A stretch of 64,000 bases of DNA from Syntrophorhabdaceae bacterium (GCA_963666485.2 CAXXUO010000001.1:224001-288000), one strand, 5' to 3'. Counted from the first letter of the stretch, positions 41,153 to 51,436 are shown. Translations and numbers: made by a program. The notes: generated by a model not told the origin, from the sequence alone.

Positions 41153-42661
41153 TTAATAGGTGAATCCGTCTCTGAACTCGCTCAGTAATTTCTGGAGTTT
41201 TTCTTCGATCGACGCATCGATGGCCTTCTTCTCCTCGATCTCCTTCAATGCTGCGCCGCCCTTGGAATCGAGGAAACGTGAAAGTTCGGCCTCGTATTTC
41301 TTCAGTGAGCTTTCCGGGTACGTATCGATGAACCCATTTGCCGCCGCATACAGCAGAACGATCTGTTTCTCCACGGGGATCGGCACATACTGTCCCTGTT
41401 TGAAAAGCTCGGTCAGCCGTGAACCGCGGGCGAGCAATGCCTGGGTCGCCTTGTCGAGGTCGCTGCCGAATTTTGCAAAAGCGGCCATTTCGCGGTATTG
41501 GGCCATTTCCAGCCTGAGTTTACCGGCAACCTGCTTCATTGCCTTGATCTGTGCGTTGCCGCCGACGCGGGATACGGAGATACCGACGTTGATGGCGGGA
41601 CGGACACCGGCGTAGAACAACTCCGGTTCGAGGTATATCTGGCCGTCGGTGATCGAGATGACATTCGTGGGAATGTAAGCGGACACGTCGCCGGCCTGTG
41701 TTTCGATGATGGGAAGTGATGTCAGGGAGCCGCCGCCATGGGCGTCGTCCCATTTCGCGGACCGCTCGAGGAGGCGTGAATGCAGATAGAAGATGTCGCC
41801 CGGATACGCCTCACGTCCCGGGGGCCGCCTGAGCAGGAGTGCCAGCTGGCGGTATGCAACGGCGTGCTTTGACAGGTCATCGTAGACGATGAGGGCATGT
41901 TTCCCGTTGTCCCTGAAGTACTCGCCCATGGCCGTTCCTGAAAAGGGTGCCAGGAACTGCAGGGGGGCGGAGTCGCTTGCCGTGGCTGCGACGATCGTTG
42001 TGTATTCCATTGCGCCGTGCTCTGTCAGAAGGTCGACGATCCTCGCTACGGAGAATCTCTTCTGGCCGATGGCGACATATATACAGAAAACGCCTTTGCC
42101 TTTCTGATTGATGATGGTGTCAAGGGCTACGACCGTCTTGCCGGTTCCGCGGTCGCCGATGATGAGCTCCCTCTGGCCCCTTCCGATGGGGATCAGTGCG
42201 TCGACCTCTTTGATGCCGGTCTGGAGCGGCTCTTTCACGGGCTGGCGGACGACGACGCCCGGAGCGACCTGTTCGACGGGGCGGAATTCCTTCGTGTCGA
42301 TCGGGCCTTTGCCGTCTATGGGGTTTCCAAGGGCGTCCACGACCCTGCCGACCAGTGCCTCACCGACGGGGACCTGGGCGATCTTCCCGGTCCTCTTGGC
42401 CAGGTCGCCTTCCTTGATCTTATAGTCTTCGCCGAAGATAACGGCGCCGATGTTGTCTTCTTCGAGGTTCTGGACCATGCCCGTGATGCCGTGGGGCAGC
42501 TCGAGAAGCTCGCCGGCCATGGCATTCTCAAGTCCGTAGATCCTTGCGATACCATCGCCTACCGTCATGATGACACCGGTTTCCTGGAGGTCGATCTCCT
42601 TCTCGAAGCCCGATATCTTCTGCTCTATAATCCTGCTTATTTCGTCGGCCCTGATCTCCAT
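41153..42661 (-). CDS. atpA: ATP synthase alpha subunit
   Basis: [27 protein letters not shown]. Confidence 0.99.
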   Translation of the reverse strand: MEIRADEISRIIEQKISGFEKEIDLQETGVIMTVGDGIARIYGLENAMAGELLELPHGITGMVQNLEEDNIGAVIFGEDYKIKEGDLAKRTGKIAQVPVGEALVGRVVDALGNPIDGKGPIDTKEFRPVEQVAPGVVVRQPVKEPLQTGIKEVDALIPIGRGQRELIIGDRGTGKTVVALDTIINQKGKGVFCIYVAIGQKRFSVARIVDLLTEHGAMEYTTIVAATASDSAPLQFLAPFSGTAMGEYFRDNGKHALIVYDDLSKHAVAYRQLALLLRRPPGREAYPGDIFYLHSRLLERSAKWDDAHGGGSLTSLPIIETQAGDVSAYIPTNVISITDGQIYLEPELFYAGVRPAINVGISVSRVGGNAQIKAMKQVAGKLRLEMAQYREMAAFAKFGSDLDKATQALLARGSRLTELFKQGQYVPIPVEKQIVLLYAAANGFIDTYPESSLKKYEAELSRFLDSKGGAALKEIEEKKAIDASIEEKLQKLLSEFRDGFTY

Positions 42662-42666
42662 AGACA

Positions 42667-43209
42667 CTACTCCTTCAGTATATTTTCCTGCAGTGTATGC
42701 AGCTGTCTTTTGACGCTACCGTCGATGATGGTCCCTTTAATGGCCACCTTGACGCCCCCAATGAGACTTTTGTCTTCCTTTACGGCGAGACTGACCTGCT
42801 TGTTGAGCTTTGCTCCCAGTTCCTTCTCTATGTTTCCCCTGACGTCGTCGCTGACAGGAAATGCGGAGAAGAGCGTACCCTTTATCCTTCCTTCCTTTTC
42901 ATCGACGAGGTCATTGTAGACGTCGCGGATGAGGTTTAAATAACCCATCCTGTTCTTCTCTAAAAGCATGGTGAACATGCTGGCAAGAGGAGACGAGATC
43001 TGAAGCGACTTCATAACGTCGCTCAAGACTTCCTTACGTTTCTCCACTTCGACGAGAGGAAGGACGATCGCCCTTTTCAGGCGCTCTTCCTTGTCGAAAA
43101 CACTCAGGATACCTTCGATCTCCGCCTGGTATTCCTTGTATTTCCCGTTCTTCTCACCAACGTTGAACAGACCCTTTGCATATCTTTTGGCGATGGATTG
43201 GCTTATCAA
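42667..43209 (-). CDS. atpH: ATP synthase delta subunit
   Basis: [20 protein letters not shown]. Confidence 0.95.
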   Translation of the reverse strand: MISQSIAKRYAKGLFNVGEKNGKYKEYQAEIEGILSVFDKEERLKRAIVLPLVEVEKRKEVLSDVMKSLQISSPLASMFTMLLEKNRMGYLNLIRDVYNDLVDEKEGRIKGTLFSAFPVSDDVRGNIEKELGAKLNKQVSLAVKEDKSLIGGVKVAIKGTIIDGSVKRQLHTLQENILKE

Positions 43210-43700
43210 TTCATGCTCCTCAGTTTGACAATGAACTCCTCAACCAGTTTATCGTGGTCCGACTGGGTTATCTTCTCGGTAATGAGCTGCTCCGCTTTTT
43301 CCATTGTAAGGCGGGAGATCTCTTCCTTGATCCTGCGGGCCATGTCCTTGTTTTCCTGTTCGGCGGTCAGGCGTGCCTGCTCGCGGATCCTTTCGGCGAA
43401 GGCGTGGGCCTCTTCGATTATCTTCTTCTTCTCGGCCTCTGCTTCCTGCAGTGTCTGTTTCTTGAAGACCTCTATCTCACCATCCAGCTTGTCGAGCCGT
43501 GCCTGGTACTGGGCCCGCAGTTCCTGCGCGTCTTTCAGGACCTTCTCGGTCTCTTCGAGCTGGGTCTTTACGGTGTTATGACGTTTTGCGAGGTACGCTT
43601 TCAGCGGTTTCCCCACAAAATAGATAAGCAATCCGACTAATACAAAGAAGTTAAAGAACTTGAGGATTAAACTCCAGGCTGATTCTCCACCGGGTGCCAT
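43206..43700 (-). CDS. atpF: ATP synthase F0 subunit b
   Basis: N-terminal TM (FNF..L), long coiled coil; operon position. Confidence 0.9.
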   Translation of the reverse strand: MAPGGESAWSLILKFFNFFVLVGLLIYFVGKPLKAYLAKRHNTVKTQLEETEKVLKDAQELRAQYQARLDKLDGEIEVFKKQTLQEAEAEKKKIIEEAHAFAERIREQARLTAEQENKDMARRIKEEISRLTMEKAEQLITEKITQSDHDKLVEEFIVKLRSMN

Positions 43701-44125
43701 CAGATGCTCCTTCTTAAGATCTTCTGTGCCGCTTCCGTCGAAAGCTTGCCGACATCGGCCATCAATGAGTTGTAAACTTTCTTCCCTTCGGCCTCTATCC
43801 CGCTCTTGATCTTCGCGAGCTCTTCGGAGAGTTCATTTCTCGCTTTTTCGATGACATGAACCGCTTCCTTATTCGCGTCAGCGATGATAGCGTCTCTGTT
43901 GCCCAGGATAGGTTTCCTTTTTTCAACAAACGCCAGGTCGTATCCCTTTTCGAGGTCGACCGTGTCGCCCTTCGCTTTCTCGAGGCCGTCCGTCAGACCC
44001 TGGAGGGTGCTGTTGCGCTTGTCGAGCGCTTTCAGGACGGGCTTAAACAGGAGAAAATTGAGGATAATGAGGAGGATCAGGAAATGGCCAAACTGGTACA
44101 GAATGGTTACATCGAAGTTAATCAT
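43700..44125 (-). CDS. ATP synthase F0 subunit b'
   Basis: Q..HFLILL..LNFLLFKPV...LDKR; second b-type gene. Confidence 0.88.
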   Translation of the reverse strand: MINFDVTILYQFGHFLILLIILNFLLFKPVLKALDKRNSTLQGLTDGLEKAKGDTVDLEKGYDLAFVEKRKPILGNRDAIIADANKEAVHVIEKARNELSEELAKIKSGIEAEGKKVYNSLMADVGKLSTEAAQKILRRSI

Positions 44126-44261
44126 AGGGAACTTCCTAATTAGATTGGCGTTTAACTATCCGTAGCGTTTTAACACAATTCCCAGCGGTATTTCAATTAT
44201 TTTGTTGCACAATTTAAGAAAAAAAGCACAAAGTCGATGCGGGCGGCCTTTTCCGGGGCTG

Positions 44262-45077
44262 TTACGCCTCGCCGGTGATCAGCTCCGACAATCTTTCGAG
44301 ATCGTCGCGGGAATAAAATTCGATAATGATCTTGCCGCGGTTCTTCCTCATACTGATGTTGACCTTCGTTTGCAGGGCCTTTATCAGTGCCTCCTCGATG
44401 GAGGCCACGCCGAACTCCCTGGCCGGGGCGGCTTTCTTTCTGACGGCCCGTTCGAGTTCCCTGACGGAGGTCCCTTCGTTCAAGACCTTGTCGACGAACC
44501 TTTTTTGCTCCCTTTCATTCTTTAAGGACAGGAGGACCCTTCCGTGGCCCTGGGTAAGCCTGCCCTCGGACATTATCTCGCGTATCCAGTCGGGCAGCTT
44601 GAGGAGCCGCAGATAATTCGTGACGGACGAGCGGTCAACGCCCATTTTTTTCGCCAGTTCTTCATGCGTATAGGCAAATTCCTCAACGAATTTATCATAC
44701 ACGGCAGCTACTTCGAGGGGGTTCAGGTCCTCTCTCTGCAGGTTTTCCATGAGAGCGATCTCGAGCGCCTCCCTGTCGTCCACGTCACGGACAATGGCCG
44801 GAACTTCCCGTAATCCCGCGAGGATAGCTGCCCGGTACCGTCTCTCGCCGGCTATGATCTCGTACAGCTTGCCCTTGTTCTTCACCAGGATGGGCTGCAG
44901 AACACCTTTTTCGGCTATCGAGGCCGCCAGTTCGTCGAGCGACCTGTCGTCCATCCGGATGCGGGGCTGGGCGGGGTTGGGCACGATCTGGTCGATCGCT
45001 ATCGGCCGGGACGTCCCTTTGTCCTCGATATCCTTCAATATCGCGGACAATCCTCTCCCCAGGGGGTCTTTTTTCAT
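44262..45077 (-). CDS. parB: Chromosome partitioning protein ParB/Spo0J
   Basis: LGRGL, PNPAQPR, IAGERRYRA, ENLQREDL, HTH. Confidence 0.96.
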   Translation of the reverse strand: MKKDPLGRGLSAILKDIEDKGTSRPIAIDQIVPNPAQPRIRMDDRSLDELAASIAEKGVLQPILVKNKGKLYEIIAGERRYRAAILAGLREVPAIVRDVDDREALEIALMENLQREDLNPLEVAAVYDKFVEEFAYTHEELAKKMGVDRSSVTNYLRLLKLPDWIREIMSEGRLTQGHGRVLLSLKNEREQKRFVDKVLNEGTSVRELERAVRKKAAPAREFGVASIEEALIKALQTKVNISMRKNRGKIIIEFYSRDDLERLSELITGEA

Positions 45078-45838
45078 GCTTCGCTCCTTTTCTCCAGGAT
45101 CTCTGAAGCAAGCCTCAGGTAGCTGTCTGCACCGCGGGAGCTTATATCGTAAAGAAGGGCAGGCTTGCCATGGCTCGGGGATTCGCTCAGTTTCACGTTT
45201 CTGGGGATGACCGTCTTAAAAACAGTGTCGTCGAAGCATTTTGTGACCTCTTCCCAGACCCGGAACGAAAGGTTGTTCCTTCTGTCGAACATTGTCAGGA
45301 GTATTCCCAGGACCTCGAGTTCCGGGTTGAGCTTCTTCTGGATGATCGAAATGGTCCTTAAGAGCATGGCAAGGCCTTCGAGGGCAAAATATTCGCACTG
45401 CAAAGGGATTATCACCTTATCCGACGCCGCGAGCGAATTGATGGTGAGAAGGCCCAGGGAAGGCGGGCAATCTATGAATATATATTGATATGTATCACCC
45501 AGCTGTTCGATGGCCCGTTTCAGCGCGTATTCCCTCTCGGGGGTATCGAGGAGCTCGATCTCGGCGCCGATGAGGTCGGGATGAGAGGGGATGATGTCAA
45601 GGTAGGGGATGGCGGTCGGCCGGACCACCTCGTGTATCGTCCTCTCCCCGATGAGGACGTGATAGATGTTGCTGCCGGTATTGCTGTAGGATATACCGTA
45701 GCCCGAGGACGTGTTGCATTGCGAATCCATGTCGATGACCAGTGTCTTGCGCTCGGAGACGGCAATCGAGGCAGACAGGTTGACCGCGGTGGTGGTTTTT
45801 CCAACCCCGCCTTTTTGATTCGCTATTGAGATGACCAT
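45074..45838 (-). CDS. parA: Chromosome partitioning ATPase ParA/Soj
   Basis: NQKGGVGKTT, IDCPPSLG, QCEYFALEG, PRNVKLSE.PS. Confidence 0.97.
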   Translation of the reverse strand: MVISIANQKGGVGKTTTAVNLSASIAVSERKTLVIDMDSQCNTSSGYGISYSNTGSNIYHVLIGERTIHEVVRPTAIPYLDIIPSHPDLIGAEIELLDTPEREYALKRAIEQLGDTYQYIFIDCPPSLGLLTINSLAASDKVIIPLQCEYFALEGLAMLLRTISIIQKKLNPELEVLGILLTMFDRRNNLSFRVWEEVTKCFDDTVFKTVIPRNVKLSESPSHGKPALLYDISSRGADSYLRLASEILEKRSEA

Positions 45839-45871
45839 GACAGTTGCTTTACCATACCATATAAATCCCTG

Positions 45872-46489
45872 TTAGGAAATTTTTTTGTAGATGATCAGAC
45901 GATAGGTCTTGCCGGTCCCCGGCAGGGAATAATCCCGTGATGTTTCGACCAGGTAGCCGTCCCGTGAGAATTCTTCCTGCGAGCTCCCTTTCACAATACA
46001 GACAAGACCTCCTGCCAGGACATGCCGATCGGCCGCTTCGAGGACCGCCTCGCCCGTCCCGTACGCTTTCGCGACGAGCCGGTCAGCCTGAAGGGGATCG
46101 ATGGCCTCAACCCTTCCCCGGACGGGTATGAAATTGACAAGGCCGATCGCACGCCTGACGTGCCTTTGAAACTGGATCTTCTTGAGGTTGCTGTCGATCG
46201 AGCATACCTCGAGCGAACGGTCAAGGATGGCGAACGGGATGCCGGCGATCCCCGATCCCGATCCCAGGTCTATCACGCGCCTGCCATCGGCAACATATGC
46301 ATAGAGGAAAAAGGAATCGGCGAGAAGCTCCGAGCACACCCTGTCCATGTCCCGGATCCCGACCAGGTTGACCGCCCGGTTCCATCTTTCGAGCTCTTCT
46401 ATAAACGTCACGAGGTCGGCCAATTGTTCCCCGGAAACGGGGATCTGAAAATGATCTAAAGTCTTTTGTATCAGTCCGTTACGGTCCAT
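45872..46489 (-). CDS. rsmG: 16S rRNA m7G527 methyltransferase (GidB)
   Basis: WN..VNL, DLGSGSG..GIP, KK..F; upstream of parA. Confidence 0.9.
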   Translation of the reverse strand: MDRNGLIQKTLDHFQIPVSGEQLADLVTFIEELERWNRAVNLVGIRDMDRVCSELLADSFFLYAYVADGRRVIDLGSGSGIAGIPFAILDRSLEVCSIDSNLKKIQFQRHVRRAIGLVNFIPVRGRVEAIDPLQADRLVAKAYGTGEAVLEAADRHVLAGGLVCIVKGSSQEEFSRDGYLVETSRDYSLPGTGKTYRLIIYKKIS

Positions 46490-46535
46490 GTGCTAAAGAA
46501 TAGCATAATTTCTTTTGTTCTGTTATACTACGGCC

Positions 46536-48218
46536 ATGCGAAAATTTATCCTTTTTTTACTGGTAGTATTTCTGTTGGTATCTTGCTCTTCCAAGCCCGC
46601 CGTGAAAAAAAATGAAAACCCCGTAGACCTGTATGTTTCCGGCGTCGATCTCATGAAAAAGAAAAAGTACGACGACGCCGTGAAGAAGTTCAATGCCATC
46701 CGCGAGCAGTACCCTTTTGATCCCATGGCCCTGGTAGCGGCCGTGAAGCTCGGTGACACCTATTTCCTGAAAAAGGACTATGTCCTTGCAACCAGTACGT
46801 ACGAGGATTACTTCAAGGCGCACCCCGACGAGGAAAATATCCCCTATGTGCTTTTCAAGCTTGGAGAGTGCTACGAAAAGCTCTCGCCATCGGCTGACAG
46901 GGACCAGGCCAATACTATTAAAGGCATAGAGAGGATCACGTATCTGAGGAACAGGTACCCGGCGACCCAGTACGCGGCCGAATCCGAAGGCAGGCTGAAG
47001 ATGTTTATCCAGAAACTGGCGGACCGCGAGCTCTATGTCGGGGAATTTTACGTGAGGACCGCCCAGTACAACGCGGCCATCATGCGGCTCGAGTCAATGC
47101 TCAAGCAGTTTCCCGATTCGAAGAACACCGACAAGGCGCTCTTTTTGCTCTATGATGCCCACCGGCAGCTTGGCAACCAGGAAAAAGCGGACGAATACCT
47201 CCAGGCATTGCGCACAAAGTACCCGAAGAGCGTCTATGCCCGTGCCACTATCCGGGAGCGCAAGACATTAAAGATAACGCAGGTTGATCCCGCGCAACCC
47301 GGGCAGGCGACCGCTTCGGTAAAGAAACAGGCGCCTCCGGCGACCGCGCAGAAACCCGCCCAAACGCCTCCGGCTGCACCGGAGCCCGTCCCGTCAGTTC
47401 CAACTCAGGCCGGGTTCAAGCCGCCCGCGGAGATCCAGCAGACCTCGGAGATCCCGCTCCTTGTCGACCCGATGGCGACGAGCTCCGCGGGAGGGCCATC
47501 CGACCAGGTAACCACGACGCCGCAAGCTCCGACGTATGCCGAAAGGCCGAAGAAAGTGATCGACCTGAGGCCGCCAGAGCAACCGGCAGCACCGGCACAG
47601 CCGGCCCCGGCACCTGAAACACCAAAGGCGTCTGCACCGGTCGCGTCTGCACCGAAAGCACAGGCGCCTGAAGCTCCAAAGGCACCGCAGACACAGGCCT
47701 CTCTTAAACCCGCCGAAGCCCCGAAACCCGCCGAACCGGCAAAACCGCAGACGGAAAAACCCGAGACCGGAAAAACATCAGATAAAAAGCTCGGGTTCCT
47801 CGACCAGAAAAAACCCATCGATATCGTATCGGATACAATGGAGGGTTTCGACAAGGAAAAATATGTCCTGTTCAAGGGTAATGTCGTCGCAAAGCAGGAC
47901 GACCTTTATATTTACTCCGACACCATGGAAGCTTACATGAGCGCCGACACGAACGAGATCGACAGGGCAAATGCCAAGGGCCACGTGCGGATCATCAAGC
48001 AGAACAGGACAGCAACATCCCGGGAAGCATACTTCGATAACGTCAAAGGGGAGATCCTCCTGAAAGGCGATGCCGTCGTAACGTCCGACAAGGACAGGGT
48101 CGAGGGCGACGTCGTTACATATTATGTCAATGAAGACCTCGCCGTCGTGACCGTTGATAAGGTAAAAGACAAGGATAAGAAGGCGAAGGTAACGATCTAT
48201 CCGAAGCAGAAACAGTAA
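46536..48218 (+). CDS. bamD: BamD lipoprotein fused via Pro/Ala-rich linker to an LptA/OstA-like domain
   Basis: Lipobox LVSC; TPR-like BamD motifs (YPF, DRDQ, RELYVGEFY, AAIMR); ~170 aa PAQ/PKA linker; C-terminal PIDIVSD...FKGNVVAKQDD...AKGHV...LKGDA..EGD. Confidence 0.85.
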   Translation: MRKFILFLLVVFLLVSCSSKPAVKKNENPVDLYVSGVDLMKKKKYDDAVKKFNAIREQYPFDPMALVAAVKLGDTYFLKKDYVLATSTYEDYFKAHPDEENIPYVLFKLGECYEKLSPSADRDQANTIKGIERITYLRNRYPATQYAAESEGRLKMFIQKLADRELYVGEFYVRTAQYNAAIMRLESMLKQFPDSKNTDKALFLLYDAHRQLGNQEKADEYLQALRTKYPKSVYARATIRERKTLKITQVDPAQPGQATASVKKQAPPATAQKPAQTPPAAPEPVPSVPTQAGFKPPAEIQQTSEIPLLVDPMATSSAGGPSDQVTTTPQAPTYAERPKKVIDLRPPEQPAAPAQPAPAPETPKASAPVASAPKAQAPEAPKAPQTQASLKPAEAPKPAEPAKPQTEKPETGKTSDKKLGFLDQKKPIDIVSDTMEGFDKEKYVLFKGNVVAKQDDLYIYSDTMEAYMSADTNEIDRANAKGHVRIIKQNRTATSREAYFDNVKGEILLKGDAVVTSDKDRVEGDVVTYYVNEDLAVVTVDKVKDKDKKAKVTIYPKQKQ

Positions 48219-48224
48219 AAAGAC

Positions 48225-48793
48225 CGGCTAACGGCGTACGGCTAACGGCTAACGGAAAAAACAAAGTCATCGTCATTCCGCCGTATTTGCGGCGGAATCC
48301 AGAGTTTTTTAAGGCAACTCATCCCATTATCAATTTCTGACATGAAAAAGCAAAGACGCTGGATTCCCGCTTTCGCGGGAATGACGGCAGGATGCACTGG
48401 TCAGGATAAGCGTTGACAACTACAGACTCATAAATGAAGAGTCACGGTCTTCCGGTTAAGATTGTTTCAGTGTAAGACACTCCAATCGCAGAGGGATATC
48501 AGCTGCCACTCATTCATTGTCAAACCTTCCGGAAAAATTTGGGGGACGTCCTTAAGAAAGTAAGAAACTCCTCAAACAACTAAACGGACCGCCCTGTCGT
48601 TATTATCCCCGGACCGGGTAATTCTAAGTTACTTACTTTCTTAAGGACGTCCCCTTTGCCTTTAAAGACACTGGATTCCCGCTTTCGCGGGAATGACGGC
48701 AGGGTGGAGAAGCCTTACGCCTTACGCCTTACGCCTTACGCCTTACGCCTTACGCCTTACGCCGTTAGCCGTTAGCCGTTAGCCGTTAGCCGT
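48225..48793. repeat. Composite element: CGGCTAA arm - three CGTC-REPs and an internal IR element - (GCCTTAC)7(GCCGTTA)4 arm
   Basis: Arms 48225-48252 and 48712-48788; REPs at 48271, 48352-48391, 48664-48703. Confidence 0.9.
48542..48654. mobile_element. Putative MITE with perfect 23-bp terminal inverted repeats
   Basis: GGGGACGTCCTTAAGAAAGTAAG (48542-48564) and its exact reverse complement (48632-48654); no coding capacity. Confidence 0.55.
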
Positions 48794-49208
48794 CTATAAA
48801 CGGTATCGCATCATTTTTCCGATATACCAATGCCTGGCACACCGCTATCAGGTCATCCCCATCTTTCACGGTTATGTAGTATGACGCCGTCCGGTTCGTT
48901 CTGTGCGTCTCGTTGGATTCAGCCACGAGAAGCGAACCTTTTTTCGGCGGCTTCATATAGGTTATGTTCATATTCAGCGCGACTGAGATGCGGTCGTGGC
49001 TGTTCGAGGATATCTCGAAGGCCTCGTCGATAAGACCGAAGATCGCGCCGCCGTGGGCATTGCCGTATATGTTGTCCATATCATCAGTGTAGACCATCTC
49101 GCACAGGGCATACCCTTCACGAATGTCTTTAAGCCGTATGTTGAGAAGACGGGCGAACGGTTCCTTGTCTACCTGACGGAAATAGGCATTCCTTTTTCCA
49201 TCATCCAT
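48786..49208 (-). CDS. PaaI-family hotdog-fold thioesterase
   Basis: N.YG.AHGGAIF.L.D, NITYMKP. Confidence 0.9.
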   Translation of the reverse strand: MDDGKRNAYFRQVDKEPFARLLNIRLKDIREGYALCEMVYTDDMDNIYGNAHGGAIFGLIDEAFEISSNSHDRISVALNMNITYMKPPKKGSLLVAESNETHRTNRTASYYITVKDGDDLIAVCQALVYRKNDAIPFIDG

Positions 49209-49211
49209 GGC

Positions 49212-49535
49212 CTATAGGACCTTTTTGAGTGCTTCGTCGACATTCCCTTTCGGTGACGCACCGATGATACGCTGCATCTCCTCACCGCCTTTAAATACGA
49301 TCAATGTCGGGATGCCCCGAATGCCGTACTGGGCGGGGGTCTGTGGATTCTCGTCCACATTGAGCTTCATTATCTTGACCCTGCCTTCGTATTCCCCGGC
49401 AAGGGCGTCGATCACGGGCCCCATCGTCTGGCACGGCCCGCACCAGGTCGCCCAGAAATCAACCAGCACGGGAACCGCGGAATCAAGTACCTCCGTTTTA
49501 AACTCGGCATCTGTCACTGCCCTGGCGTTGCTCAT
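49212..49535 (-). CDS. trxA: Thioredoxin
   Basis: VDFWATWCGPC, LNVDENP, IRGIPTL. Confidence 0.96.
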   Translation of the reverse strand: MSNARAVTDAEFKTEVLDSAVPVLVDFWATWCGPCQTMGPVIDALAGEYEGRVKIMKLNVDENPQTPAQYGIRGIPTLIVFKGGEEMQRIIGASPKGNVDEALKKVL

Positions 49536-49556
49536 ACATCCTCCCTTTCTTTTCGG

Positions 49557-50162
49557 TCATTCTTTCAGGCTTTCGAGCCATTCCCCTTCAGAAATGCGGC
49601 GGATCCTGCCCCCGTCATTCATATCCCGGACGAGGCCTGCCTCGATATACGCCTCGTCGGTATATCCTCGTTTTTCCCAGTATCCCGGGACGTAATGGTC
49701 CATCAATATTATTCGGCTCACCGTCTTGGCCGATTTATATCCCCAGAGATAGGGGACGAAAGCACGGATAGGCCCGCCGTAATCTTCTTCGAGATACTCA
49801 CCGTCAAATTCATAGGCCAGCAAGGTGCCCTTTTTCATGGCCGTTTCAACAGGAATGGATGTGTCGTATATGCTCCGGACCGACCAGAACCGTACATACG
49901 TTACGGTCGAATGGGCCTTTACGGCATCCATAATGTCATGGAGACTTACACCGCCCCAACTGCCCCGGACGGTAAACCGCGTCACGCTCGTCAGCCTCGC
50001 GTCAACGACCGTCTTCGGCATCCCGAGAAGCTCGGCCCACGTGAATGTCCGGGGCGCATCGCAAAGTCCTGACACCTCGATGGTCCACGACTCCCTGTCG
50101 ATCGATCCGGGATGCCCTTCGGCCCAGAACACGGGGGTTTTCAGTTCTTTAAGGCGGGTCAT
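49557..50162 (-). CDS. Sulfite-oxidase/MsrP-like molybdopterin-binding domain protein
   Basis: W.IEVSGL, WGGV, LLAYEFDGE.L...YGGPIR, WGYKSAK, GYWEKRGY; CAGGAGG RBS. Confidence 0.82.
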   Translation of the reverse strand: MTRLKELKTPVFWAEGHPGSIDRESWTIEVSGLCDAPRTFTWAELLGMPKTVVDARLTSVTRFTVRGSWGGVSLHDIMDAVKAHSTVTYVRFWSVRSIYDTSIPVETAMKKGTLLAYEFDGEYLEEDYGGPIRAFVPYLWGYKSAKTVSRIILMDHYVPGYWEKRGYTDEAYIEAGLVRDMNDGGRIRRISEGEWLESLKE

Positions 50163-50263
50163 AGCCCCTCCTGTCTGAAATAATATAATAATCGCTGAAC
50201 AAAAAACAAAGAATTCCCGCGAAATATTCCTTTTTAACAACGGTTGGTCTATACTGAGCCGGT

Positions 50264-51436
50264 ATGTTGAAGCTGACGGTAAAAAATGACCGGAGCGGTC
50301 CTGTCAGGGGGTCCCATCCCTGGCTATTCTCGAAGGCGCTGGCCTCTTTGCCTGAAGGCATTGTTCCCGGAGAACCGGTCCTCCTCTACGACCAATCCGG
50401 CAACTTTCTCGCATCGGGATACTTCAATTCATACGGACAGATAACGGTACGGATCTGGGGACAGGAAGAAAACGAAGACGTCGGGGTGGAGTTCTTTGCG
50501 AGACGCATCGCCCGGGCCCGCGACATCCGGCGAAACTACGTGGAAACTGAGGGCACCAATGCGTACCGTCTTGTCAACGGCGAAAACGACGGTCTGCCCG
50601 GGCTCGTCGTCGACAAATACAGCGATTGGCTTGTTGTCCAGTTCCACACCCGCGGCATTGAAAGATGGAAGGAAGATATCGTCAGCGCGCTGGAAAGTAC
50701 CGTCAATCCCCGGGGTATCTACGAACGTTCGGACATAGCCGTCCGCAATTTCGACGGGTTGGGCCCGGTCAAGGGGACCCTGCACGGGGATGTGCCCGAC
50801 CTCATCACGATACGGGAGAATGGCCTCACGTTTCTCGTTGATGTTAAAGAGGGACAGAAGACCGGCTTCTTCCTCGACCAGCGCGACAAGCGATCGGCGT
50901 TTACAAAATACGCCCGGGACCGGAACGTCCTGAACTGTTTCTCTTACACCGGAGGTTTCTCGGTCTATGCAATAGCCGGCGGGGCCAAAAGAGTGGTCAG
51001 CGTCGACTCCTCGAGCCGGGCGCTCGACCTGGCACGCGAAAACATGCGCCTCAACGGGTTCGACCAATCCCTGTGCGAGTTCATCTGCACTGACGTAAAG
51101 AAATATCTCAGGGACATAAACGAGGCTTTCGAGGCGATCGTCCTCGATCCGCCCGCCTTCATCAAGGACCGGAGAAAAAAACATGAAGGATTGGCCGGAT
51201 ACAAATCCATCAATGAAATGGCCTTAAGGCGCCTTGTACCCGGATGCATTCTCCTGACCTGTTCGTGCTCCGCCCACCTTTCGCTGAACGATTTCCGTTT
51301 TCTGTTATCCGAGGTAGGAGCAAAAGCCCATCGCTCGATGGCCATTCTCGAAGAACACACACACGGCATCGACCACCCCCAGCTTGTCCCCTTCACGGAA
51401 GGGGAGTATCTCAAAGCGATCTTTTTAAGAACGTAA
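50264..51436 (+). CDS. rlmI: RlmI-like class I SAM rRNA methyltransferase
   Basis: HPWLFS, E.DGLPGLVVDKY, GQKTGFFLDQR, LNCFSYTGGF, LDPPAF, EYLK. Confidence 0.88.
   Translation: MLKLTVKNDRSGPVRGSHPWLFSKALASLPEGIVPGEPVLLYDQSGNFLASGYFNSYGQITVRIWGQEENEDVGVEFFARRIARARDIRRNYVETEGTNAYRLVNGENDGLPGLVVDKYSDWLVVQFHTRGIERWKEDIVSALESTVNPRGIYERSDIAVRNFDGLGPVKGTLHGDVPDLITIRENGLTFLVDVKEGQKTGFFLDQRDKRSAFTKYARDRNVLNCFSYTGGFSVYAIAGGAKRVVSVDSSSRALDLARENMRLNGFDQSLCEFICTDVKKYLRDINEAFEAIVLDPPAFIKDRRKKHEGLAGYKSINEMALRRLVPGCILLTCSCSAHLSLNDFRFLLSEVGAKAHRSMAILEEHTHGIDHPQLVPFTEGEYLKAIFLRT

Noticed and set aside
48271..48793. CRISPR array
   Set aside because: Only 2-3 palindromic copies in mixed orientation, irregular spacing, no cas genes; fits REPs
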